Positions 1-8,000 of a DNA stretch of 16,721 bases are shown here, piece by piece. Position 1 is the stretch's first letter. The number at the start of each line of letters is the position of its first letter. The translations under genes were made by a program, and so were the position numbers. Under the pieces are notes generated by a model that did no database searches, had not been told where the DNA came from, and was given only the letters and a program-made list of their open reading frames with translations. Source of the stretch: Piromyces finnis finn (taxonomy: Eukaryota; Fungi; Neocallimastigomycota); contig MCFH01000209.1 of the NCBI GenBank assembly GCA_002104945.1, positions 1-16,721 of the forward strand, written 5' to 3'.

Positions 1-140
1 AAGTGAAATCAACATACTAATTCACTTATTTCTCAATATATTTAAATAATTTTAAAATTTTATTAACTTTTTCTTAATTTTCTTTCTTTTTAAATAAGTT
101 TTAATTTTCTTACTTTGTAATTAATTTTTTGATTTAATTT

Positions 141-278
141 ACTCTTTTAATTGTATATATCCAATTTAATTTATAATATACTATGTATAAAAGATGTCGC
201 TCAGACTCTATCCTATCAAACGGTGTCGAGCGAGTTCTTTTTATAGTATATTATAATTAAATTTAATTTTAAAAGAGT
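141..278. repeat. Long imperfect inverted repeat (hairpin) with a GC-rich core
   Basis: ACTCTTTTAA (141-150) pairs with TTAAAAGAGT (269-278). AATTTAATTTATAATATACTAT..AAAAGA (163-194) pairs with TCTTTTTATAGTATATTATAATTAAATT (236-263). TCGCTC-A-GAC (197-206) pairs with GTCGAGCGA (225-233) around an 18-nt loop. Confidence 0.75.
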
Positions 279-360
279 TTCATCAATTTAAAAACAAGAG
301 TATTTCATAAATATATTTCTATTAGTATTACAGATAGATTTTATATATAAAGATTTCATT

Positions 361-640
361 GTTCCATACAGTAGAGTTACACTTATTCCAATTCCAATAT
401 AAAAAGGAAAGTTTCACAGAGTAGAAGTTCCACAAGCAAAGTTCCACGAGATTCGTTCAAAAGAATTCCACGAAGGAAGGATTTCACAAGGTAGTGTTCC
501 ACAAGTAGGTAAAAATTCCACAATTATAGTTCCACAAAGTAGTGTTTCACAAAATTTATTTAGAATTTCACAAAGTAGGGTAACACAAAATTAATGTTAC
601 ACTGACAGAAGTTACACCATAAATAGTTCCACAAGGTAGG
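361..640 (+). repeat. Degenerate minisatellite, ~15-bp period, core RTT(C/T)CACA
   Basis: About 16 cores, at 361, 376, 411, 427, 441, 465, 481, 496, 515, 529, 544, 565, 580, 596, 611 and 626. Spacings are mostly 14-16 bp and cores are often followed by (A)AGTAG. Confidence 0.8.
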
Positions 641-1011
641 CTACTCAAGTAGACAAAAAAGAAATTTCCGAAGAGAAAAAATTTCCGAAAAGTTCCAAAT
701 TTTCTACGGTAGCAATTCCCAATGTTGTAACTTCAGAAAATAAAAATTGTTTTATTATTAAATATAAAACGTGTTTTTTAATAAGAAAAGGTAATTGTTA
801 TTGTAAAAGTATAAAATTTAAAACAGATTTCATACTTAAAACAAAACAATTTTTATTAACACAAAAATAAAAAAATAAAACATTAAATCTTTATTTTAAG
901 AAAACATTTTATTTAAACTCTTAAAAATATTATTAGCTATATAATAGTTAATAATTAAAAAATTGAAAATAACAATTACATCGATTTAACAAATAAAAAT
1001 TACATGTATTT

Positions 1012-1016
1012 ATATT
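1012..1016 (+). repeat. Target-site duplication, left copy (ATATT)
   Basis: Directly precedes the TGTTAG start of the 5' LTR and is identical to 6209-6213. Confidence 0.9.
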
Positions 1017-1290
1017 TGTTAGAAATATTAAAAAACAAAGAAATATTTCTTTTTGAATATATATAATGAATTTAAATTAAATTAAGATCGTTGTTAAAAT
1101 ATATTAAAGTATATTTTTACATCTCATTGTATTATTTTGACATGTATTATTAACAAGCCACAATTAGTATAATTATGATTGTAATTTTCCATTTTTGTAA
1201 TACTTTGTAATTACCAAAATATAAAATATATTTTATTATTAAATAAAGTTTATTATTAAAAACATATTATAAAACGTTTTGTAATTAATA
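1017..1290 (+). repeat. 5' LTR of copia family 1 (274 bp, TGTTAG...TTAATA)
   Basis: Direct repeat of 5935-6208. Compared base by base by eye, the only mismatch found is T1173 vs A6091. Confidence 0.97.
1155..1175 (+). promoter_or_regulatory. LTR promoter motif AAGCCAC-N6-TATA box, variant TATAATTA
   Basis: The same motif and spacing occur in the 3' LTR (6073-6093, TATAAATA) and in the family 2 LTR (14785-14805, TATAAATA). Promoter function is inferred. Confidence 0.6.
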
Positions 1291-1310
1291 GATTAAGAGT
1301 CTCAGACTGA
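1291..1310 (+). promoter_or_regulatory. Primer-binding site complementary to an internal (5' half) region of tRNA-Lys(CUU)
   Basis: GATTAAGAGTCTCA abuts the LTR end. Its reverse complement TGAGACTCTTAATC is the anticodon arm with anticodon CTT in the eukaryotic tRNA-Lys(CUU) sequence as I recall it. The next bases GACTGA complement the D-arm TCAGTC. Confidence 0.85.
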
Positions 1311-1321
1311 CAAAAAACAAA

Positions 1322-4300
1322 ATGAATGCTGCTAATTATTTTTACTCAGATGAACGTCTTGACAAATCCAATTTTGACTGCTGGTATCCAACTGTTGAAT
1401 CTGTTTTAAAATCAAAAGGACTTCTAAAATACATTGAAAATGACATCATTTCAGACGCTCAAAATAAAGTCAAAGCTGGAGCTATGCGAAGCGAGGAATT
1501 AGAAAAACTGGAAGAGGAAGATTCTAAAGTTAAAGTATTTCTCTTGATGAGTACTACCTTAGAAGTAAAAGGGAAAATCAGAAAAGAAAGAACATCTTAT
1601 GAAATTATAACAAAAATCAAAGAATTATATGACCCCAAGAGAAAAAAAGATGTCACTCAATATCTTCGTGAGTTAAATACATTAAATGCAAAAAGTCTGG
1701 ATGTAAGTCTTGATATAATTGACAAGATAATTGAAATCTTTAATATACTCGACGAAAAGAATTATAAGTTGGGTAATTTGGAAAAAACGAAGTATATATA
1801 TGCCGCATTGCCTATTGAAGTTCAATCAAGATTAACCCTTGACCCAGATATTGAACCAAATAAGTTTATTGAAGAAGCCAAGAAAATCGTTAATGTTTTA
1901 CAATATTATTTAGGAAAAACATCAAAAAATGAAAATAAACCTAAGAATATCGATGATTTAATGGATATTGATTATGTAACCAAATTTAGACCAACTAAGC
2001 CACTCGATAATAAAATTAAAAGAGAAGAAAATTATTGCTATATATGTGAAATGAAAGGACATAGTACTAATAAATGTGGATTTAATATAAAAGTACGTGA
2101 AGAAAGAAGAAGAAACAGATCTAAAAATAAAAAACATTATAATAAATGGAACAAAAAAGGAAAACACATTGGAAATGTTGAAAGAACCAATAATCACTTA
2201 CATGAAGATATTGATAATGATAATATTTGCTTTGATGAACTCCAACCATTATTTGAAAAACATGTTGATCATATTGAGGTATGTTCAATAAAAGAAAAAT
2301 ACATTGATAAAACAAACAAGACTTCAACTAGCCAAACAGAAAATAATAAATTTTACAAAAATATAAATAGCATAGATAATGCTTGCAACAATGAAGTATT
2401 GTGGACATATGACACAGGATGTTCAGAACACATAACAAATAACAAAAATATTTTACAAAATTTTCGCCTTGAAAATATACATATGAAATGTGCCAACAAT
2501 ACTACATGTGAATTCAAAGGTATTGGTACATTTATTGGTAAAATAAACAACGAAACAATCCGTTTAGATAATGTATACTATTCAGACAAAATTAACAAAA
2601 ACCTAATTAGTGGTATCAAACTAACACAAACAGGATATCCATGTGAAATCGATTATATAAATAATAAAACAACATTAATTCTTAAGAAATATAACAATAA
2701 CAAAAAATGTAAACAAGAAATTGGAAGATATATAGCTGACCCTTCCAACATCATTAAGATACCAATAAACGTTTTAAAATCTTCAATTTCTAATGTATCT
2801 ACTAATAAAAATGAACTAGACGAATACAGTAATCGTCTTTGGCATAAACGCCTTGGACATTTCTACCAAGACAATCTTACAAATTACTTAAGCCTTCACA
2901 ATATTAAAAAACCAGATTGTCTACAATGTAAAATTTCAAAACTTAAAAGATTACCTCACAAAGGTAAAACACCTGTTGCATCAAGAATCCTTGAAACAAT
3001 ACACTCCGATGTGATGGGACCAATGAATCTTATTTCTAGTACAGGTAAAAGATTCATTTTAACTTTTATTGATGAATTTTCTAGAAAATCATGGGTATAT
3101 TTACTAAATAATAAAAAGGAAGTTGCTAAAAATGTTATAGAATTTATAAAATATATTACAAACAAATATGATCTCAAAGTTAAGTACTTTAAGACTGACA
3201 ATGGAAAGGAATACATGAACAAAAAGATTATTAATTTCTGCTCAAGAAATGGTATTAGTAAGGTTTACTCGCCACCATATACTCCTGAAATTAATGGAAA
3301 AGCAGAAAGGTTTAACCAAACGTTAGTCAATTGTGCTAAAACTCTTTTAGCTTCTAGTAGATTAGACACAAGATTCTGGGATTATGCTATCAACTATGGA
3401 AATTTCTTATATAATATTAACCCTCATAAAGGTATTGGAAATTCTATCCCTAATGAAGTATTTTTTAACAAGAAAGTTGACCTAAAATATGTAAAAACAT
3501 TTGGATGTATAGCATACTATAAGGATTATTCACAAAACAAAGGAAAATTTGATAACAACTGTAAAGAAGGTGTTTTTTTAGGACTTAGTTTTAAACATGA
3601 CTGTTACATTATAATGGATTATCAAGATTATAAATTACACCTTGTCCGTGAAGCCGTATTTGAAGAAGATAAACCATCCAATTTCAATTTATCGAAAGGA
3701 AACCTAGATGATAATTTTAAACTACCCTCAGATGATAGATTTTCAAATGACACTGATGAAAAAATACAAAATGCAAACAATAATCATATTAATTTTACAG
3801 ATATCAATTTTCAAAATACTTATGAAAATTTAGATAATAATGATATTATATCAACTCATAAAAATGACAATAATACTAATGATGAGATAAATGATAGTAC
3901 ACACTCTTTCGATGAAGACTCAGAAATTATTAGTATAACAACTGATAATAATATACAAGATAATAGCAATAATACAACTATTAATGAAGTTGCTATTGAA
4001 AACAATAATAGAATCAACAATACAAACACTTGTTCCAAACAAAGTTATACAATGGAAGATGTCATAGAACTTTTAGATAATTTCAAAATTTCACCAGAAA
4101 ATGATTATTCTTTTAATCCAAAAAATGCTAATATAGATAAAACAAAATTAAAAAGAAGACACAGTTTTAATGATATATCTTACAACAAAAAGAAGAAAAT
4201 ATATCAAGAATATTTTAATTCAATAGTAAAAAGAAAATTAAATGACAACGACTATAAAATAAGTAATAAGAAATATAAAATTAATGAAATAATTAACAAT

Positions 4301-5920
4301 TTACCTGTTAAAAGACCTGGATGTAAAATAGATAATAATAATGTTAAACGTGCTACAAACATTAATTATGATAGGGAAATTGCAAATATAAACATGGATT
4401 CTCCACTAACATTTAATGATGCTATAACAAGCAAATATAAAAATAAATGGATAGAAGCAATTAAAAATGAATTAAAAAATTTATACGATAACAATATTAT
4501 GAATTTAGTTTCAAAATTACCTGAAAATAAAAATCCAATTAAAACAAAATGGGTTTTCACAATAAAACGTGACAGTAATAATGATATTGTAAAATTCAAA
4601 GCAAGATTAGTAGCAAAAGGATATAGTCAAATAAGAGGAATTGACTATGAATTAACATTTTCTCCTACTCTTAGCATCGATAGTATTAAACTTATTATTT
4701 CATTATCAGCAAAATTTCATTGGAAAATATTTCAACTTGATATTAAAGCTGCTTACCTTAATGCAAAATTAGATAAGGACATATATGTTACAATCCCACA
4801 AGGAGACAAAAATTATGGAAGAGGATACTGGAAATTAAACAAAGCTTTATATGGCTTAAAACAGTCTGGACGTCAATGGAACGAAACAATTACTTTATTT
4901 CTTAAAAATAATGGTTTCAAACAACTGATTTCTGAACAATGCATTTTCAAAAGAGAACGAAATGGTATTACAACATGCATTATAGGTATATATGTTGATG
5001 ATATGATCATCACTGGGAAAACGTTTGAAATTGAAAAAACTATTAAACTGATAAAAAACAATTTTAAAATATCAAATTGTGAAAAAATAAATTATTTACT
5101 TGGAATAAAAATAGAAAATAATGGTTTTAAATATTCAATATCACAAACAAATTATATTGAAAACATTTTATCTAAATATAATATTAAAAATACTCGTAAA
5201 GCAAAAACACCATGCACAGGAGATAATATAAACGAAAATAAAACACCATTCGAAAAAACCACATACAAAAGTGTTTTAGGTTCTTTGATTTATTTATCAA
5301 AATGTAGCCGCCCAGATATTGCCTATGCAGTAAATAAAGCAGCCAGAAATGCGGAAAATCCAACAATATCTGATTGGTATAAGGTAATGAATATCTTAAA
5401 ATATTTAAATTATACTAAAAATTATAAAATCGAATATTCAGGAACAGGGGAAATTTTAGCTTATTCAGACTCAGACTTAGGAGGTGACCCAAAAGATAAA
5501 AAATCAACATCAGGTCACATAATTTTGATGGGAAATGATCCAATATGTTGGTCCTCAAGAAAACAATCTACAGTAGCTACTTCATCAATGGAGGCTGAAT
5601 ATATAAGCACAACGGAATGCTCAAAAAAGGTATTATGGATAAGAAGCATATTACAAGAACTATTCAATTTTAAAAAACCAATAAAAATCTTTACAGACAA
5701 TTTATCAAGTAAAACTTCTATTGAAAATGGACAATTAAACTCAAAATTAAAACATATAAATATAAAATTTTATTTCAATCAAGACCACATTAAAAATAAA
5801 AGAATAATTTTAGAATACATCAATACAGAAGACATGTTGGCTGATGTTCTAACTAAAAATGTTAATGGACCAAAAATGAAGAAATTCTCAAACATAATTT
5901 TCAAACATGCAGAAAATTAA
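1322..5920 (+). CDS. gag-pol: Ty1/copia Gag-Pol polyprotein, 1532 aa, uninterrupted
   Basis: Copia Gag N-terminus (SNFDCW...LKSKGLLKYI); CCHC knuckle CYICEMKGHSTNKC (2036-2077); protease WTYDTGCSEH (D codon 2411); integrase HHCC (WHKRLGHF...CLQC) and DDE core (IHSDVMGP, KTDNGKEY, NGKAERFNQTL); RT (KARLVAKGYSQ, QLDIKAAYLN, LYGLKQSGRQW, YVDD at 4991-5002); RNase H (YSDSD, MEAEY, FTDN, KHINIK, MLADVLTK). Confidence 0.98.
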   Translation: MNAANYFYSDERLDKSNFDCWYPTVESVLKSKGLLKYIENDIISDAQNKVKAGAMRSEELEKLEEEDSKVKVFLLMSTTLEVKGKIRKERTSYEIITKIKELYDPKRKKDVTQYLRELNTLNAKSLDVSLDIIDKIIEIFNILDEKNYKLGNLEKTKYIYAALPIEVQSRLTLDPDIEPNKFIEEAKKIVNVLQYYLGKTSKNENKPKNIDDLMDIDYVTKFRPTKPLDNKIKREENYCYICEMKGHSTNKCGFNIKVREERRRNRSKNKKHYNKWNKKGKHIGNVERTNNHLHEDIDNDNICFDELQPLFEKHVDHIEVCSIKEKYIDKTNKTSTSQTENNKFYKNINSIDNACNNEVLWTYDTGCSEHITNNKNILQNFRLENIHMKCANNTTCEFKGIGTFIGKINNETIRLDNVYYSDKINKNLISGIKLTQTGYPCEIDYINNKTTLILKKYNNNKKCKQEIGRYIADPSNIIKIPINVLKSSISNVSTNKNELDEYSNRLWHKRLGHFYQDNLTNYLSLHNIKKPDCLQCKISKLKRLPHKGKTPVASRILETIHSDVMGPMNLISSTGKRFILTFIDEFSRKSWVYLLNNKKEVAKNVIEFIKYITNKYDLKVKYFKTDNGKEYMNKKIINFCSRNGISKVYSPPYTPEINGKAERFNQTLVNCAKTLLASSRLDTRFWDYAINYGNFLYNINPHKGIGNSIPNEVFFNKKVDLKYVKTFGCIAYYKDYSQNKGKFDNNCKEGVFLGLSFKHDCYIIMDYQDYKLHLVREAVFEEDKPSNFNLSKGNLDDNFKLPSDDRFSNDTDEKIQNANNNHINFTDINFQNTYENLDNNDIISTHKNDNNTNDEINDSTHSFDEDSEIISITTDNNIQDNSNNTTINEVAIENNNRINNTNTCSKQSYTMEDVIELLDNFKISPENDYSFNPKNANIDKTKLKRRHSFNDISYNKKKKIYQEYFNSIVKRKLNDNDYKISNKKYKINEIINNLPVKRPGCKIDNNNVKRATNINYDREIANINMDSPLTFNDAITSKYKNKWIEAIKNELKNLYDNNIMNLVSKLPENKNPIKTKWVFTIKRDSNNDIVKFKARLVAKGYSQIRGIDYELTFSPTLSIDSIKLIISLSAKFHWKIFQLDIKAAYLNAKLDKDIYVTIPQGDKNYGRGYWKLNKALYGLKQSGRQWNETITLFLKNNGFKQLISEQCIFKRERNGITTCIIGIYVDDMIITGKTFEIEKTIKLIKNNFKISNCEKINYLLGIKIENNGFKYSISQTNYIENILSKYNIKNTRKAKTPCTGDNINENKTPFEKTTYKSVLGSLIYLSKCSRPDIAYAVNKAARNAENPTISDWYKVMNILKYLNYTKNYKIEYSGTGEILAYSDSDLGGDPKDKKSTSGHIILMGNDPICWSSRKQSTVATSSMEAEYISTTECSKKVLWIRSILQELFNFKKPIKIFTDNLSSKTSIENGQLNSKLKHINIKFYFNQDHIKNKRIILEYINTEDMLADVLTKNVNGPKMKKFSNIIFKHAEN

Positions 5921-5924
5921 GTTT

Positions 5925-5934
5925 GACAGGGGAA
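5925..5934 (+). promoter_or_regulatory. Polypurine tract of copia family 1
   Basis: GACAGGGGAA lies immediately 5' of the 3' LTR TGTTAG, just after the ORF stop. Confidence 0.85.
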
Positions 5935-6208
5935 TGTTAGAAATATTAAAAAACAAAGAAATATTTCTTTTTGAATATATATAATGAATTTAAATTAAAT
6001 TAAGATCGTTGTTAAAATATATTAAAGTATATTTTTACATCTCATTGTATTATTTTGACATGTATTATTAACAAGCCACAATTAGTATAAATATGATTGT
6101 AATTTTCCATTTTTGTAATACTTTGTAATTACCAAAATATAAAATATATTTTATTATTAAATAAAGTTTATTATTAAAAACATATTATAAAACGTTTTGT
6201 AATTAATA
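5935..6208 (+). repeat. 3' LTR of copia family 1 (274 bp)
   Basis: Matches 1017-1290, is preceded by the PPT and is followed by the TSD ATATT. Confidence 0.97.
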
Positions 6209-6213
6209 ATATT
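6209..6213 (+). repeat. Target-site duplication, right copy (ATATT)
   Basis: Identical to 1012-1016. It fixes the LTR 3' end at ...AATA (6208). Confidence 0.9.
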
Positions 6214-6845
6214 TTTTCATAATTATATTCTAATATATTATTCTATTTAAATAAACATATATTTAATATAAAATAAACAAAACTAATTTAATTAAATAAT
6301 AAAATAACAGAACTAAACTAAACTAATTCATTATACTTTTAATTCAATTTGAGTAAACTCAAAATTGAATAAAGCCCATGTATTTTCTATAAATTAATTT
6401 AATATTATCAATACTATTCTTAATATATTTCCTATTGAAATATAAATAAATCTATTTTTAAAACTAAGTTAAAATTATTAAACTATTCTAAATTTAAATA
6501 AAAAAGTATAATCTATTCTAAAATTAAATAAAAAGTATTTAAAAAATATTTTAATTATTTTAAATATTTGAAATATTTAAATTTAATTAAAATTCTTTTA
6601 TTCCTTAAACTTAAATATTTATCTTAATTTAAATTTAACGGAATTATTATAAAATAATTTATTATTAAATTATTCCATAAAATTTACTCAAAAATTTTAT
6701 AATCAGTTTTGCTAAATATTAATTTATTATTTAATAATTAATAATTAATTATTAAATAATCTAAAGATATATCTTATATCTTTACAATATTAGACTTTAT
6801 TTTCAACCAAGAAATTTTGAAAGCGATTTTCGACCATTTCGCAAA

Positions 6846-8000
6846 ATGAATAAATTTAAAATAAAAAACAATTTAATTACTTATAACGATTTAATTTATA
6901 TTCCAGAAAAATTAAGATTAGAATTCTTAACTAAGTACCATGAAAATCCAGCTGCAGGACATTTAGGTGTAAAAAGAACATTAGAATTAATTACAAGAAA
7001 TTTCTGGTGGCCTAAAGTTGAAAAGGATGTTACAAATTTTGTTAAATCATGCGAAGTTTGTGCCAGGAATAAAATAAATAGACATAGAAAATATGGATTA
7101 TTACAACCACTTGAAGTTCCAGATAAACCCTGGGAATCTATCGAAATTGACTTCCTATGCGGTCTGCCTGAATCTAAAGGTTACACGATAATAATGGTGG
7201 TTGTAGACAGGTTCTCAAAAATGATACATTTAATACCTTTTAAACAAATACCTGATGCCAAAGAAACAGCCAAAGCATTCATGGAAAACATATTTAAATT
7301 ACACGGCTTGCCGAAGAATATTTATTCTGATCGCGGTACTCAATTCACAAGCGCATTATGGCAAGAATTAATGGAAATGCTTAATATTAAATCTATTTTA
7401 GCCACAACTGACCATCATGAAACAGTCGGTCAGGTTGAAAGATGCAATGCTTTCATTACTCAATACTTGAGGTGTTATTCAAAAGCCTACTACCACAATG
7501 ATTGGGTAGACTGGTTATATTTAGCAGAATTTTCTTATAATAATGCAATTAATGAATCAACAAAAGAATCACCATTTTTCATAAATTATGGTTTTCACCC
7601 AGCAATGGATGATAATTTTCTTCTTTCTGATGCAGATACCAATTTAAAAATAGCTAGAAATATTAGTGATAATTTCAATCATATTAAAGATGTTTTAACC
7701 AGATCAATTGAATTATATAAACGTGCTGCCGATAAGAAAAGAATGGTTGCACCTATTTTCAAAGTAGGTGATCTTGTATGGATACAAGCTCCTCCATCCT
7801 TTAATACTGAAGAAAGAACAAAACTTGCTCCATGTAAATATGGACCTTACAAAATTCAAGAAGTTTTGAAATTTAACAATTATAAAATAAATATAAAAAA
7901 TTCACCATTCCCAAAGTATCATTCAGTATTTCATATATCAGAACTAGAACCATTTATTCCAACTCCAAAAAATTTTATAAAAAGAAATTCACATCAATAA
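6846..8000 (+). CDS. Ty3/gypsy-type integrase, 384 aa (H2C2 zinc finger, DDE core, GPY/F module)
   Basis: HENPAAGHLG...WWPKV...CEVC; GLLQPLEVPDKPWESIEIDF; VVVDRFSKM; YSDRGTQFTS; GQVERCN; FKVGDLVWI...KLAPCKYGPYKI; HSVFHISELEPF. Confidence 0.93.
   Translation: MNKFKIKNNLITYNDLIYIPEKLRLEFLTKYHENPAAGHLGVKRTLELITRNFWWPKVEKDVTNFVKSCEVCARNKINRHRKYGLLQPLEVPDKPWESIEIDFLCGLPESKGYTIIMVVVDRFSKMIHLIPFKQIPDAKETAKAFMENIFKLHGLPKNIYSDRGTQFTSALWQELMEMLNIKSILATTDHHETVGQVERCNAFITQYLRCYSKAYYHNDWVDWLYLAEFSYNNAINESTKESPFFINYGFHPAMDDNFLLSDADTNLKIARNISDNFNHIKDVLTRSIELYKRAADKKRMVAPIFKVGDLVWIQAPPSFNTEERTKLAPCKYGPYKIQEVLKFNNYKINIKNSPFPKYHSVFHISELEPFIPTPKNFIKRNSHQ

Larger units (their letters stand above)
1017..6208 (+). 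mobile_element. Full-length, intact Ty1/copia (Pseudoviridae) LTR retrotransposon, family 1
   Basis: Two 274-bp LTRs, PBS, a single Gag-PR-IN-RT-RH ORF (copia domain order) and a PPT. The 5-bp target-site duplication ATATT is at 1012-1016 and 6209-6213. Confidence 0.98.

Noticed and set aside
1-240. Window start as the 5' LTR of the Ty3-like element
   Set aside because: No similarity by eye to the 8728-9435 LTR, including its distinctive blocks such as TTCAAGTCATCCAACTTTC.
219-240. CGGTGTCGAGCGAGTTC as a conventional tRNA 3'-end PBS
   Set aside because: It starts CGG, not TGG, and the spacing to a T-loop complement does not fit an 18-nt PBS. I cannot assign a tRNA, so it is kept only within the hairpin finding.
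361-640. Possible CRISPR array
   Set aside because: Cores are only 8 bp, degenerate and about 15 bp apart. There are no 25-45 bp identical repeats with unique spacers, no cas genes, and the context is eukaryotic.
1958-5700. Short ORFs (60-88 aa) antisense to or overlapping gag-pol
   Set aside because: They are shadows of an AT-rich, codon-biased long ORF, with F/L/I-rich composition and no motifs.
6344-6784. Small hairpins (6344-6368, 6762-6784) and a ~27-bp tandem duplication (6483-6538)
   Set aside because: They are real but made almost entirely of A/T, and such structures are expected by chance or slippage at this composition.
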